From Promethearchaeota archaeon (GTDB lineage Archaea > Asgardarchaeota > Lokiarchaeia > Sigyniarchaeales > SOKP01), in contig JAEOTR010000030.1 in NCBI GenBank assembly GCA_016839705.1, positions 1 to 64,000 on the forward strand: a stretch of 64,000 bases of DNA, written 5' to 3'. How positions within the stretch are numbered: the stretch's first letter is position 1; each line of letters begins with the position of its first letter. This document shows, piece after piece, positions 30,136-40,511 of the stretch. A program made the position numbers and the translations under genes. Below the pieces are notes generated by a model. That model was not told the DNA's origin. It did not search any database and saw only the letters and a program-made list of their open reading frames with translations.

Positions 30136-31347
30136 ATGGATGATTTGAAGTTTTTCTTTGCCTATGAATTGGAAGATACAGGGGAAACGAAAGAACTAAC
30201 TTTCTCAGAGAAGGATTTAGCACAGTTTCTTAATCCAGAACAAGTCTTGGTGTTAATTCGAGAAGACATAAGAAGAATCTTCATTTGGAAGGGTGCAAAA
30301 TCTCCTGTAACCAAAAGATTCATTAGTTCTAAAGTCGCACGAAAATTACAACAAGAAGTATTAAAAGATGATCGTTATCACCTGTGTAAGATTGTATCTG
30401 TTGATCAAGGAGATGAAGTTCAAGAATTTCTTGATGCATTTAATCTTGAATCAATGGAGGTGGAAGAAAGATTAGCAGATATGAAATATATTCGCAACAG
30501 AGACAAACCGAAGGTCAATAAAGAGGAAGTATATCCCGAAGAGAGAGAATTTCGGATAAATGAACATATTACACTAAAACTTCTCAAAGGACAAACTATA
30601 ATCTATGTTGCAGGAGAACCATTCCATCAATGTAAGTATCTTCTTTTAAATTTAACTAAAAAGGATTTTTCAGAGTTCGATGAAATTGATTCGATTGATG
30701 AAGCTTTTAAAGTTTATAATAAAATAGATAAGAACCATGAAAGAGATCATGGTCTAATCGATGCCGAATCTGAGTTCATCGGACATTGCTCTAATCTCCA
30801 GGCATGGTATGAGCATGATTATGACCTCAGAATTCTGCACAGTAGCTTATCCATCCCATTACTAAAAAAAATGGCGTTTTTAGGAGATAAAACAGCAATT
30901 ATGCGATTGAAAGAAAGCATCGCGACTCGAATTGCATCAAAAAATTACAATACCGTTATATTCTATCTAAATGAACAATATCTTCAACTTTTTTCAAACG
31001 AAGAATTAGAAGTGATGTTTGAAGATTGGCTTGATAAAAAAGTGAATTTCACCCCTATGGAAAAAAGAAGGATGTGGTATCCCCTCCTAAAGGAAATGAT
31101 TGAAAGAGGTATTTCAAGAGCCCAAGAAATTATCAAGAAAGAGATCATTTTGCTTTTAAAAGAGGATAATACTGAAACCTATCGATATTTGTTACAGAAA
31201 GATTTCTTCCAGCTTCTTACCTTGAAGGATCTTGAGGAACTGTATGATCTCATTCCAAAGAAAGATTTGGTCGCTTTACGACGTATTGAACGTTTAATTC
31301 TCAAATTAAATCTTAGAAAGAGAAGAGACGTAAATGTAGAAGGCTGA
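30136..31347 (+). CDS. Gelsolin-domain protein fused to a Lokiarchaeia-type domain
   Basis: N-terminal QVLVL...IFIWKGAKS...VDQGDEVQEFL (gelsolin repeat); then EFRINEHITLKL...QCKYLLL...SIDEA...EFIGHCSNLQAW. Confidence 0.75.
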   Translation: MDDLKFFFAYELEDTGETKELTFSEKDLAQFLNPEQVLVLIREDIRRIFIWKGAKSPVTKRFISSKVARKLQQEVLKDDRYHLCKIVSVDQGDEVQEFLDAFNLESMEVEERLADMKYIRNRDKPKVNKEEVYPEEREFRINEHITLKLLKGQTIIYVAGEPFHQCKYLLLNLTKKDFSEFDEIDSIDEAFKVYNKIDKNHERDHGLIDAESEFIGHCSNLQAWYEHDYDLRILHSSLSIPLLKKMAFLGDKTAIMRLKESIATRIASKNYNTVIFYLNEQYLQLFSNEELEVMFEDWLDKKVNFTPMEKRRMWYPLLKEMIERGISRAQEIIKKEIILLLKEDNTETYRYLLQKDFFQLLTLKDLEELYDLIPKKDLVALRRIERLILKLNLRKRRDVNVEG

Positions 31348-31397
31348 TTGATTATATAGATATAAAATTTATTAATTTCAGCCTTTTACAAAATTTT

Positions 31398-32426
31398 CTA
31401 ATTATTTTCTAAAGTTATAACCACATTTCCCGTTTTTTGTCCTGATTCAACATATCTATGAGCCTCTACCATTTGTTCTAATTTATATCGTCCACCTATG
31501 ATGGCTTTTACCTCTCCAGCCTCAATAAGTTCTTTGAGGAAATTCAATTGTTCAATCATTTCCTTGATGTCATCCCTGTTCCCACTTATGAACTTTATAT
31601 CATTTTTTCTCGCTAACTTTTTGTCTCGGTTAATCAACGTCATCTTAGGGTTGGCTAAAAGATAAGTTCCCTTTGGATTGAGTGAGTCTATATAATTTGA
31701 AAATGAACTCTTGCCAATTATATCAAAAATGAAATCATATGTTTCACCGTTTTGGGTAAAATCTTCTTTAGTATAATCTATTACTTTATCTGCTCCTATT
31801 GATTTCATAACATCTAAACTCAGAGGATTGCCCACACCAGTTACTTCTGCCCCATAGTACTTTGCAAGCTGTATTGCAAAAGTACCTATACTTCCAGAAG
31901 CTCCTCTGATGAGCATTGTTTGACCTTTCTGGATATCAGCTTTTCTAATATAATGGACTGCTTCTAATCCTCCAGTAGGGACAACAGCGGCTTCTTCATA
32001 GGATATATTATCAGGTTTTATTGCTATCGGTCCTTTTTCAGGTAAGCTTACATATTCAGCATAGCTACCAAAACGGAAACCAGTTGATGCAAAAACAGAG
32101 TCGCCTTTCTTAAATAGCTTTACATCCCTACCTACAGATTCAATTTTTCCAGCTAACTCCTGTCCTAATATAGAAGTTTTTTTTCTTGGTCTTCTCAAAC
32201 CAACTCCTAGTCGTATGAGGAACTTTAGCACGCCAGAAAATTGAAGACCGCGCATCTCACAATCCCCCATGGTTACCGTTGCCACATGTATTCTTATCAG
32301 CATTTCATTATCCTTAGGAGTCGGCTTTTCTACCTCTTGGAGCTGAAGTACCTCTGGAGGCCCGTATTCTGTACATACAATCGCTTTCATTTTATTTACC
32401 ATGCTTTTATATCCAGTTCCATGCAA
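31398..32426 (-). CDS. NAD(P)-dependent MDR oxidoreductase (quinone reductase/ADH-like)
   Basis: [37 protein letters not shown]; true start near 32390-32402. Confidence 0.92.
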   Translation of the reverse strand: MHGTGYKSMVNKMKAIVCTEYGPPEVLQLQEVEKPTPKDNEMLIRIHVATVTMGDCEMRGLQFSGVLKFLIRLGVGLRRPRKKTSILGQELAGKIESVGRDVKLFKKGDSVFASTGFRFGSYAEYVSLPEKGPIAIKPDNISYEEAAVVPTGGLEAVHYIRKADIQKGQTMLIRGASGSIGTFAIQLAKYYGAEVTGVGNPLSLDVMKSIGADKVIDYTKEDFTQNGETYDFIFDIIGKSSFSNYIDSLNPKGTYLLANPKMTLINRDKKLARKNDIKFISGNRDDIKEMIEQLNFLKELIEAGEVKAIIGGRYKLEQMVEAHRYVESGQKTGNVVITLENN

Positions 32427-32769
32427 ATATTACAATCAAAATATTAAATCCAAAACTAATAATAAGTAAAAATTGATCATAAGCTTTATACCCCTTTATC
32501 CCCACGAGATTAAAAAGCAAAAAGACTATTGCTATTATGATGTTTATCCACTTATTAATTGGATTACTCAAGGTCAGAGTTAGAAGAATCATAACAATAG
32601 GGATCACCATTATTATTGATACACCTAACCACATAATTGGTTTCACCGGTTTGCCATCGATCTCACCTGGTTTAAAATCTCCTGCAAATATTCGCAACAC
32701 ATCACCTAATAAATAAACTAACATGGTCGCTACCCATATGAATGTTAGGATTATTTTTACATCTTCCAT
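32407..32769 (-). CDS. DUF6326-like small membrane protein
   Basis: LVYLLGDVL, four TM segments, C-terminal AWNW. Confidence 0.7.
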   Translation of the reverse strand: MEDVKIILTFIWVATMLVYLLGDVLRIFAGDFKPGEIDGKPVKPIMWLGVSIIMVIPIVMILLTLTLSNPINKWINIIIAIVFLLFNLVGIKGYKAYDQFLLIISFGFNILIVIFAWNWI

Positions 32770-32775
32770 ATTTCA

Positions 32776-33723
32776 TCAATCCACTATTTTTATTACTACA
32801 TTTCCTTTTTTATGTCCTTCATCAACATACCTATGAGCATCGACAATTTGTTCCATAGGAAAAGTTTTATCTACCACCGCTTTCATCTTTCCCTCTTCAA
32901 TTATATTTTTGAGGGTTATTAAATCTTCAGTTCTTTCCCTTGCCAATCCCTTAGCTACTGATACATATGTCCCATTTGGAGTTAATATTTTCTTGATATC
33001 TGAAGAAGAAGCTTTTCCAACAGCATCAAACACAAAATCATATAGTTCTTCAGTTTTAGTAAACTCATCTTTAGTATAATCAATCACCTTATCCGCTCCT
33101 AAAGATTTCACCAAATCGATATTTTTAGTACTGCATATTCCCACAACTTTCGCTCCATAGTATTTAGCAAGCTGTATCGCAAAAGTACCTACACTTCCGG
33201 AAGCACCATAGATAAGAGTCTTTTGCCCCTTTTTGATATTTCCTTTCTTTTTAAGATAATGATATGCGGTAATCGCTCCAATTGGAACGGCAGCTGCCTC
33301 CTCATGGGTCATATTATCTGTTTTTATTGCCACAACTCCTGCCCTCCATTCTTCAGGCACACACACATACTCAGCATAAGCACCAAATTTCAATCCTGTG
33401 GTACTACCAAATACGTGGTCACCCTCCTTAAATCGTGTTACTTTATTACCAACTGCTTCAACTTCCCCCGCAAATTCAACACCTAATACTTTTTTTCTTG
33501 GCCCTTTTAAACCAAAAATAAGCTTTCCAAACAATCGCGTCAAGGGTGACATTTTATCTCGAAGGTTTGTTTTGAAACCATTTCTAATGATAACTACTCC
33601 TGCAGATACTGTTGATGCAAATACTCTTACCAGGATTTCATTTTCTTTTGGAGTGGGTTTTTCGATCTCATTTAGTTGAAGAACTTCCGGAGGCCCATAT
33701 TTTGTGCATATAACTGCTTTCAT
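32776..33723 (-). CDS. NAD(P)-dependent MDR oxidoreductase, paralog of 31398-32426
   Basis: [44 protein letters not shown]. Confidence 0.92.
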   Translation of the reverse strand: MKAVICTKYGPPEVLQLNEIEKPTPKENEILVRVFASTVSAGVVIIRNGFKTNLRDKMSPLTRLFGKLIFGLKGPRKKVLGVEFAGEVEAVGNKVTRFKEGDHVFGSTTGLKFGAYAEYVCVPEEWRAGVVAIKTDNMTHEEAAAVPIGAITAYHYLKKKGNIKKGQKTLIYGASGSVGTFAIQLAKYYGAKVVGICSTKNIDLVKSLGADKVIDYTKDEFTKTEELYDFVFDAVGKASSSDIKKILTPNGTYVSVAKGLARERTEDLITLKNIIEEGKMKAVVDKTFPMEQIVDAHRYVDEGHKKGNVVIKIVD

Positions 33724-33979
33724 ATATTTCCACCTTATTTAGTTCTTTGTTTAAATATTTTAAACTTTTTTTTTATTATTTATAGACTATCATCTCCTAT
33801 TTGAGTAGCTAATGCAGAAAAACTTTTAAGGAAACTAATAATAATTAATTTTTTCAAGGGAAAAATGTTTAAGAAACGAGTTATTTTTTTGATATTAATA
33901 ATTTTAGGACATAAAACAGACCATTTAATTATTTAATAAGAAATAAGATAAAGAGAAAATTTAATGAGATGGTATTAAA

Positions 33980-35488
33980 GTGGGTAAAGAGATAATTATA
34001 GAAACCGAACAAGGTAAGATTAAAGGATATGAAGCACAAGGGATAAAAAAATTCAAAGGAATTCCATATGCAGAGCCATCTATAGGAGATTTAAGATTTA
34101 AACCCTCCATCCCGAAAGAGCCTTGGAGTGGTCTAATGGATTGTACACAATTCGGTCCTGTTGTACCTCAAAGAGAATCATTTTTTACTCCTCAGCCACC
34201 CCCATTACAAGATGAAGAAAAATGTTTAACTCTGAACGTATGGACACCGGGAGTGGATGATGCCAAACGTCCCGTTTTATTTTGGATACATGGTGGGGGT
34301 TTTTCTTTCGGTACTGGTTCAACAACGAACGGAACGTATTTGGCAAAACTCGGTGATGTGGTCGTCGTTTCCATAAATTACCGACTAGGAATATTCGGTT
34401 ATATTTTCGTTGAAGATGAAATTGCGAATTTAGGGCAATTGGATCAAATCACAGCACTTCAGTGGGTACGAGATAATATTATACATTTTGGGGGAGACCC
34501 GAATAATGTGACAATTTTTGGTGAATCTGCTGGTGGAGTAGCAGTTTCCAGTCTGATGGTTATGCCTCCCGCAAAAGGATTATTTAATCGGGTAATTTCC
34601 CAAAGTGGAGCGGCCCATCCGGGCGGTTTTCATCCTAAAGTTGGAATGAGGGGATGTGAACGCATCATGGCAGCACTTGGAATAAAAGGAATAGATATTG
34701 AAGTATTAAGAAAGGTGCCAGCGCAAAAAATTGTAGATGTTCAAACTAAAATGGAATTGGAAGCGCGTGCAACAGGGAGAAATTTTCCCTATGGAGTTTA
34801 CGTTGATGGTAAAACTCTACTAAAACATCCCCTTGAAGCAATCCGGGATGGTTTTGCATCAGATCTGGAACTTATAGTAGGCACAAATCAAGATGAGGCG
34901 AAATTATATACCGCATTAACTCCTCCAAAGAAAATTCTCGACGAAGAGGGCTTATTTAAAAGAACTCATAATATGATTAGATTTTTCAGTCCTGAAGAAG
35001 CTGTAGCTCAGAAAGTCATCGATACTTACAAAACAGCAAGAGAAGGTGTGCTTCCTACAGAACCTCAGGAAATTCTGGACGCAATAACAACAGATTTTAG
35101 ATTTAGAGTCTCTGGTATAAGATTAGCAGAGGCTCAAAGTAAACACCAACCTAACGTTTTCTCTTATCTATTTTCATACAAATCACCTGAAATGGGAGGA
35201 AGATTAGGCGCTTGTCATGGACTTGAAATTGCTTTTGTTTTTGGAACAATTGGGGACAGGGCAAGAGGGATTGTACCAAAAAGAAACAATGAAACCGACA
35301 TGCTTAGCAAAAAGATGATGCACGCTTGGAGTTCATTTGCACAAAACGGAAAACCTAACCATGATAGTTTCCCGAAATGGAACAGTTATGACCTTAAAAG
35401 TAGGTCTACAATGATTTTTGGTACAGAAGTTAAATTAGTAGATGATCCTTTCAAGATGGAGAGAATGGTCTGGGAAGGGATTTTTTAA
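33980..35488 (+). CDS. Carboxylesterase type B (PnbA-like)
   Basis: FKGIPYA, WIHGGGF, NYRLG, FGESAG, CHGLEI. Confidence 0.94.
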   Translation: MGKEIIIETEQGKIKGYEAQGIKKFKGIPYAEPSIGDLRFKPSIPKEPWSGLMDCTQFGPVVPQRESFFTPQPPPLQDEEKCLTLNVWTPGVDDAKRPVLFWIHGGGFSFGTGSTTNGTYLAKLGDVVVVSINYRLGIFGYIFVEDEIANLGQLDQITALQWVRDNIIHFGGDPNNVTIFGESAGGVAVSSLMVMPPAKGLFNRVISQSGAAHPGGFHPKVGMRGCERIMAALGIKGIDIEVLRKVPAQKIVDVQTKMELEARATGRNFPYGVYVDGKTLLKHPLEAIRDGFASDLELIVGTNQDEAKLYTALTPPKKILDEEGLFKRTHNMIRFFSPEEAVAQKVIDTYKTAREGVLPTEPQEILDAITTDFRFRVSGIRLAEAQSKHQPNVFSYLFSYKSPEMGGRLGACHGLEIAFVFGTIGDRARGIVPKRNNETDMLSKKMMHAWSSFAQNGKPNHDSFPKWNSYDLKSRSTMIFGTEVKLVDDPFKMERMVWEGIF

Positions 35489-35514
35489 AGTCAATCTTAT
35501 TAATTACTATTTAA

Positions 35515-35823
35515 CTATAATTTTTTGGTGCGCATTGCCCTTTTAACGTAAGTATCATAAAATAGTTCAAAAAATTTAAAAAAATTGAGAACTTGATATT
35601 TTTGTGGTTTTTTGGACCCATATCTCTTCAATATTCTAGTTTTTTCAAGAGATTGCAAGCATCTCCAATAAAAATTAATTTTAGAGCTGTCTATTGACTT
35701 AATACTATATAATTTTCTAATTTTTTTTACAGTTATTATTGATGTATATTCATATCTGATTATATTCATTATGGCATATATGGTTTCATTCATAAATTTC
35801 TCATAAATATTCATGGGTCCCAA
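35515..35823 (-). CDS. Hypothetical protein, possible winged helix
   Basis: Basic protein; ITVKKIR...WRCLQSLEKTRIL...KYQV pattern. Confidence 0.6.
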   Translation of the reverse strand: MGPMNIYEKFMNETIYAIMNIIRYEYTSIITVKKIRKLYSIKSIDSSKINFYWRCLQSLEKTRILKRYGSKKPQKYQVLNFFKFFELFYDTYVKRAMRTKKL

Positions 35824-36031
35824 TCAACATTAATAATAGTTTGACTTTTTAATTTTTTCATTTCTTTAGCTCATTATTGATTTCAATTTTATCGGATTAT
35901 AATTCAATACTTTAATAAGGAAATCTTCCAGCTCATTGAGCGGGTCAAATATTCAAAGTTTTTTTGCATTTCCTTTATTTTATTGATTAGAATTCTTGTG
36001 TATGAGTTAGAAATAGTACATAAATTTTTCC

Positions 36032-36099
36032 GAAAGGTAAATTCAGCGTCTGTTTGTCATGAAAATTCATTTGAATTTTCATGCCTAGGCTCCCTAGGT
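36032..36099 (+). repeat. Dispersed repeat copy 2 with perfect 12-bp inverted repeat and CCTAGG hairpin
   Basis: CATGAAAATTCA-TT-TGAATTTTCATG (36058-36083), CCTAGG-CTC-CCTAGG (36084-36098). Confidence 0.75.
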
Positions 36100-36119
36100 A
36101 GCTTGTAAATTAAAATAGT

Positions 36120-36233
36120 TTGATGAATAGTATTAGAAAAATATTATATTATCCTGACATTTCAGATGAGTTTAAAATATATCCCGGTCATGGAGGACAT
36201 TATACAATAGGCAATGAAAAGTCGAGATACTAA
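36120..36233 (+). pseudogene. C-terminal remnant of a glyoxalase II-like MBL hydrolase
   Basis: LMNSIRKILYYPDISDEFKIYPGHGGHYTIGNEK*; PGHG..TIG.EK is the typical C-terminal motif. Confidence 0.7.
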
Positions 36234-36396
36234 GATTTCGATATTTTTAAAAAGATGTTGATTTTTTGAATTTTACTTTTTAAACTTTTTCATATCACAA
36301 ACCTTACATTTTATAATTAATTTAAATAAATATCATGTTTAATTTCAATAATTAAAGATAATAATTAAAATTAAAATTAGAAGAGAAATTATCAAA

Positions 36397-37062
36397 ATGA
36401 CGATAATAACAACCAAAAAGCCATTTGAGGAAGTTTTAGGCGCGTTAAAGAACGTAAACAAAATTGGATTAGTATCTTGTGGTAGTTGTGCGGCTATGTG
36501 TCAAACTGGTGGCACTGAGGGTGCTAAAGAGATGGCAGAGAAATTAGAACAGGAAGGATTTGAAGTAGTTATTACCATAGTTCCTGAGGAAGTTTGTGAT
36601 AATCGGGTTATGATGAAAGATTTTCGGAAAATCGATGAAGAACTAGGAGAAATAGATGCGATTTTGACATTGAGCTGTGGTTTAGGAGTTGCAAGTATTA
36701 CACAAGTTCTTTCTAGAAAACATCCAGACATTCCTGTCTTTATTGGAACTAATACTGAATTTATGGGCATGACAGAACGAATCGGGCGTTTCTATCAAAG
36801 ATGTCGCGGTTGCGGTGACTGCTTGTTAAATGAAACGGGAGGAATTTGTCCCATTACGACTTGTGCGAAATCTCTTATGAATGGACCTTGTGGTGGAATG
36901 GTGCGTGGCAAATGTGAAGTCGGTAATTATGAAAAAGATTGCGGATGGGTATTAATTTTCAATAGACTGAAAGATTTAGGAAGATTAGATTTATTTACCA
37001 AATTAAGAGATCCTGTAGACTGGAGTGAATCTGGACATCAAAGAGAAGTAGTGTGGAGGTAG
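36397..37062 (+). CDS. metV: Methylenetetrahydrofolate reductase small subunit (MTHFR_C domain)
   Basis: CRGCGDC...TGGICPITTCAKSLMNGPCGG...CEV...CGW. Confidence 0.9.
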   Translation: MTIITTKKPFEEVLGALKNVNKIGLVSCGSCAAMCQTGGTEGAKEMAEKLEQEGFEVVITIVPEEVCDNRVMMKDFRKIDEELGEIDAILTLSCGLGVASITQVLSRKHPDIPVFIGTNTEFMGMTERIGRFYQRCRGCGDCLLNETGGICPITTCAKSLMNGPCGGMVRGKCEVGNYEKDCGWVLIFNRLKDLGRLDLFTKLRDPVDWSESGHQREVVWR

Positions 37063-37998
37063 ATGGCAATGTCTGATAAAAGAGTCTATTCTAAATTAGG
37101 AGAATTGATTGCAAAGGGAGAATTTGTATTAACTGGTGAACTTGAACCAGAAAAAACATGTGATCTTTCTCATACGATTCAAGAAGCAAAAGAGATGGCA
37201 CCTTATGTTGTTGCTGCAAATGTAACTGATAGTCCATTAGCAATAGTCACAATTAATTCAATGGCTGCCTCTCATATAATTCAAAGAGAAACGGGATTGG
37301 AATGTGTGTGGCAATTAACTGTAAGAGATACCAATAAACTAGGTATTGCGGGGCAGATAATGGGCGCTCAAGCATTGGGATTACATAATGTTCTTTCCCT
37401 TACTGGTGATCATACCGCATTAGGCGATTGTCCTGAGACAAAACCCGTTTTTGACTTAGATTCAGCAACACTCATAAAACTTGTACGAGAAATGGTCGAT
37501 ACCGGTTCGATAAATGGTCATGAAATTGAGCATCCTCCAAAGCTCCATGTAGGAGGTGCAGCTAATCCTAACGCAGATCCTATGGAAGCAGAGATACTAA
37601 AAATAGGAAGAAAGGCAGTCGCTGGGGCAGAATTTCTACAAACTCAAGTTGTATATGATATAGACATGACAACTGAGTTTTTAAGGGAAATTAGAAAATA
37701 TAATGTGCCTATTTTTCTTGGAATTTTTCCTATGAAAAGTTATGGTATCGCAAAAGGATTTGATATGTTTGTTCCTGGCGTTGATGTACCAAAAGATATC
37801 CTTGCGAGATGGAAACGAGTAAAAACCGATGTTACTGATAAGAAAGAGCAGAAAGAAACATACGACCAACTAAATTATGAATTTTTCAAGCCATTTATTA
37901 CCGAGTTAAAGTCTAAGGGATTGTTGGCTGGTGTTCACTGCATGGCAGTGCATTATACACGAATCTTTCCTAAATTGATTGAAGTAATAAAAGCTTAA
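37063..37998 (+). CDS. metF: Methylenetetrahydrofolate reductase
   Basis: ANVTD, LTVRDTN, LTGD, GAEFLQTQ, GVHCM; abuts metV. Confidence 0.92.
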   Translation: MAMSDKRVYSKLGELIAKGEFVLTGELEPEKTCDLSHTIQEAKEMAPYVVAANVTDSPLAIVTINSMAASHIIQRETGLECVWQLTVRDTNKLGIAGQIMGAQALGLHNVLSLTGDHTALGDCPETKPVFDLDSATLIKLVREMVDTGSINGHEIEHPPKLHVGGAANPNADPMEAEILKIGRKAVAGAEFLQTQVVYDIDMTTEFLREIRKYNVPIFLGIFPMKSYGIAKGFDMFVPGVDVPKDILARWKRVKTDVTDKKEQKETYDQLNYEFFKPFITELKSKGLLAGVHCMAVHYTRIFPKLIEVIKA

Positions 37999-38113
37999 AC
38001 AGATCTTCTTTTCTTTTTTTTTTAACAAACTATTTAAAACTATTTAACAATATTGTAAGTAGTATTAAATAAACTTGGCTAATTAAGTTTCTACTTTAAG
38101 AGGTGAAACAATC

Positions 38114-38941
38114 ATAAAAAAGCCAAAAGAGAAATCTAATGATAAATTGAAGAATTATTTAGATTTAGCTGGAGTTATTCTTGTTGCATTAAATAGGGAA
38201 GGAACTATCACTCTATTAAATAAAAAAGGTTATGAAATCCTTGATTATAAGGAGGGAGAGTTAACAGGAAAGAATTGGTTTGATTCTTGCATTCCTAAAG
38301 AGAGTCGGGAAGAGCTTAAAAATGTATTTAAAGCAATTATCAATGGAGATTTAGAACCCTTTGAATTTTATAGCAATTCTATAATAACAAGTAAGGGTGA
38401 TGAAAGGATTATCTCCTGGCATAATGATCTATTATATGATAATGATGGAAATATTATTGCATCTTTAAGCTCAGGAGAAGACATAACAGAACTCAAGGAA
38501 ACTGAAGAAAAATTAAGAGAATCACAAGAAAATTTAAGAAGTCTTTTTAATTCAATTCCTATTGGAATTCATATGTATTACCTATATGAAGATGGGCGTC
38601 TAGTTTTTATTGGAGCTAATCCTGCTGCTGATGAAATTCTTACTGTCGATAATATGGAATTTATTGGTCAAACTATTGAAGAGGCATTTCCACCATTAAT
38701 TGAAACGGATATTCCAGATCGTTATCGTGAATTGGCTAAGAACGGAGGATCTTGGAAATGGGATCAATTTGATTATGAAGATGAAAAAATAAAGGGAGCT
38801 TATGAGGTTAACGCCTTTCAGATCTCCCCTATGTATATGGTCGCCACTTTTCTTGACATTACAGAGAGAATACAGACAGAAGATCAATTGAAGAAAAAGA
38901 TTATGACTTTGGAGGAAAAATTGGAAGAACTAACAAAATAA
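38114..38941 (+). CDS. Tandem PAS-domain protein without kinase domain
   Basis: Two PAS/PAC repeats ending in DITE, then a coiled coil. Probable ATA start at 38114 after SD GAGGTGA; track start TTG 38147. Confidence 0.8.
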   Translation: MKKPKEKSNDKLKNYLDLAGVILVALNREGTITLLNKKGYEILDYKEGELTGKNWFDSCIPKESREELKNVFKAIINGDLEPFEFYSNSIITSKGDERIISWHNDLLYDNDGNIIASLSSGEDITELKETEEKLRESQENLRSLFNSIPIGIHMYYLYEDGRLVFIGANPAADEILTVDNMEFIGQTIEEAFPPLIETDIPDRYRELAKNGGSWKWDQFDYEDEKIKGAYEVNAFQISPMYMVATFLDITERIQTEDQLKKKIMTLEEKLEELTK

Positions 38942-39091
38942 CTACAAGAGCAGAAATATAGTGACATAACCGGATTCGTATGCGTAAAAATTTAAAATCG
39001 AAAGAATAGAATTGGAATTAATTCAAAAACTTTTATCATACTATTAGAAAATTTTTTTTAAAGAAAGTTCATTTTAAAATGACGGGAAACC

Positions 39092-40492
39092 ATGACAATT
39101 AAGGATCTAAAATCTAACTATTCTCATAAACAGATGAAATATGGGATAAGGTCTGAAGCCTTTAATATGATGAAAAAGTATTATCTAACTAAATATGAAA
39201 CGCACAACAATTTCTTATTCGCTTTTCTCTGTTGCGTGTATGACGGGAAGAATAAACTTGAAGCTATCAAAAAAGAAATGCGACTTTTATTCATTTCTGC
39301 AACAAAACAGGTTGTTGTAGGGGAAGAAGACGTTGAAGAATACTTTCAATTAGCTAAACGACAAGAACTAATTTCTGTTAATGAAAATAATCACATATTA
39401 TTAACAAAAGAAGGGGAAAAGCTAGTAGAATTAAGTTATTATCATAATTTATATACCTCCCATTATTTACATAGGTTTTTCTCAAAACAGACTGCAATGA
39501 TAACAACAGCCTTAATTCTTATTTTGTTATCTTCCCTAAAAATTATTTTTGGCCTGCAATTATCCTCTCAAGCTATGCTAACTGAAGGTTTTGAAAATCT
39601 AACTGATTTAATAAAAATAGGAATTATTGGCATGATTGGGATGAAACTTAAAAAAGATAAGCTTGCTAGCATCATAATCATAGCAATCATGATGGTTACT
39701 GGTATTACTTTAGTTTGGTCGGGAATAGAAGCATTACTAGATCCGAGCCCGATTATACCCTCAATTCAAGCATATTTCATAAGCTTTCTCTCAATATTTC
39801 TAAATGTTGGTTTAATGTTCCTTAAGAGCATCGTAGGAAGAGCTTCTGGAAATTTATCTTTTCTTAGCGATTCAAAAGACTCTGCGTTAAACGTTCAAAT
39901 TTCTATCGGTGTTATAATTGGGTTAACATTCGCAGCTTTCAGGATCTATTTTGTTGACTCTTTAGTGGGAATTGTAATAGCAGTTTTAGTATTCAAGGAA
40001 GGAATTGAATTTTTGCGGGAGATCTTTTCAAAAGAGGAAGAATTCGATATAACATCTATAAAAGTATTTGCTGACAATCTCTATAATAATCGTTTAACAG
40101 GGTATATATTGGGAAGTATACGTAGACAAAATTTAACTCAAGAAGAACTTTTAGAGAATTTTTCCAGAGGACTCAATCTTGGACGGTTGTACTATGAAGG
40201 ATTTGCTGATTTTTTCTATGATGAGCTTGGACCTAACATAGCTAATAAACATCTGAATAAACTCATTAAAGGAAGGTATATCGATATTATAAATAATGAG
40301 TTATTCTTAACGCAAAAAGGTTTAAAAGCCTTTTATAATGCTAAAGCAAAAGAATTTCAGCAACGCTCAAATCTGATTCGGATTGGGCATAAATTTGATT
40401 TGAAATTAATCTTGTATCTTGTAATTTTTGCGGGTCTCATTGCTCTCTTAATCTTTGCTCCATCTATAAATTCTTGGTTAGCTAATCTATAG
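39092..40492 (+). CDS. Cation diffusion facilitator-like transporter flanked by two winged-helix-like domains
   Basis: CDF TM core (SQAMLTEGFENLTD; SDSKDS; VDSLVGIVIA); wHTH-like LTKEG and LTQKG ends. Confidence 0.72.
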   Translation: MTIKDLKSNYSHKQMKYGIRSEAFNMMKKYYLTKYETHNNFLFAFLCCVYDGKNKLEAIKKEMRLLFISATKQVVVGEEDVEEYFQLAKRQELISVNENNHILLTKEGEKLVELSYYHNLYTSHYLHRFFSKQTAMITTALILILLSSLKIIFGLQLSSQAMLTEGFENLTDLIKIGIIGMIGMKLKKDKLASIIIIAIMMVTGITLVWSGIEALLDPSPIIPSIQAYFISFLSIFLNVGLMFLKSIVGRASGNLSFLSDSKDSALNVQISIGVIIGLTFAAFRIYFVDSLVGIVIAVLVFKEGIEFLREIFSKEEEFDITSIKVFADNLYNNRLTGYILGSIRRQNLTQEELLENFSRGLNLGRLYYEGFADFFYDELGPNIANKHLNKLIKGRYIDIINNELFLTQKGLKAFYNAKAKEFQQRSNLIRIGHKFDLKLILYLVIFAGLIALLIFAPSINSWLANL

Positions 40493-40511
40493 GTGAATAC
40501 CTTAATATAGT

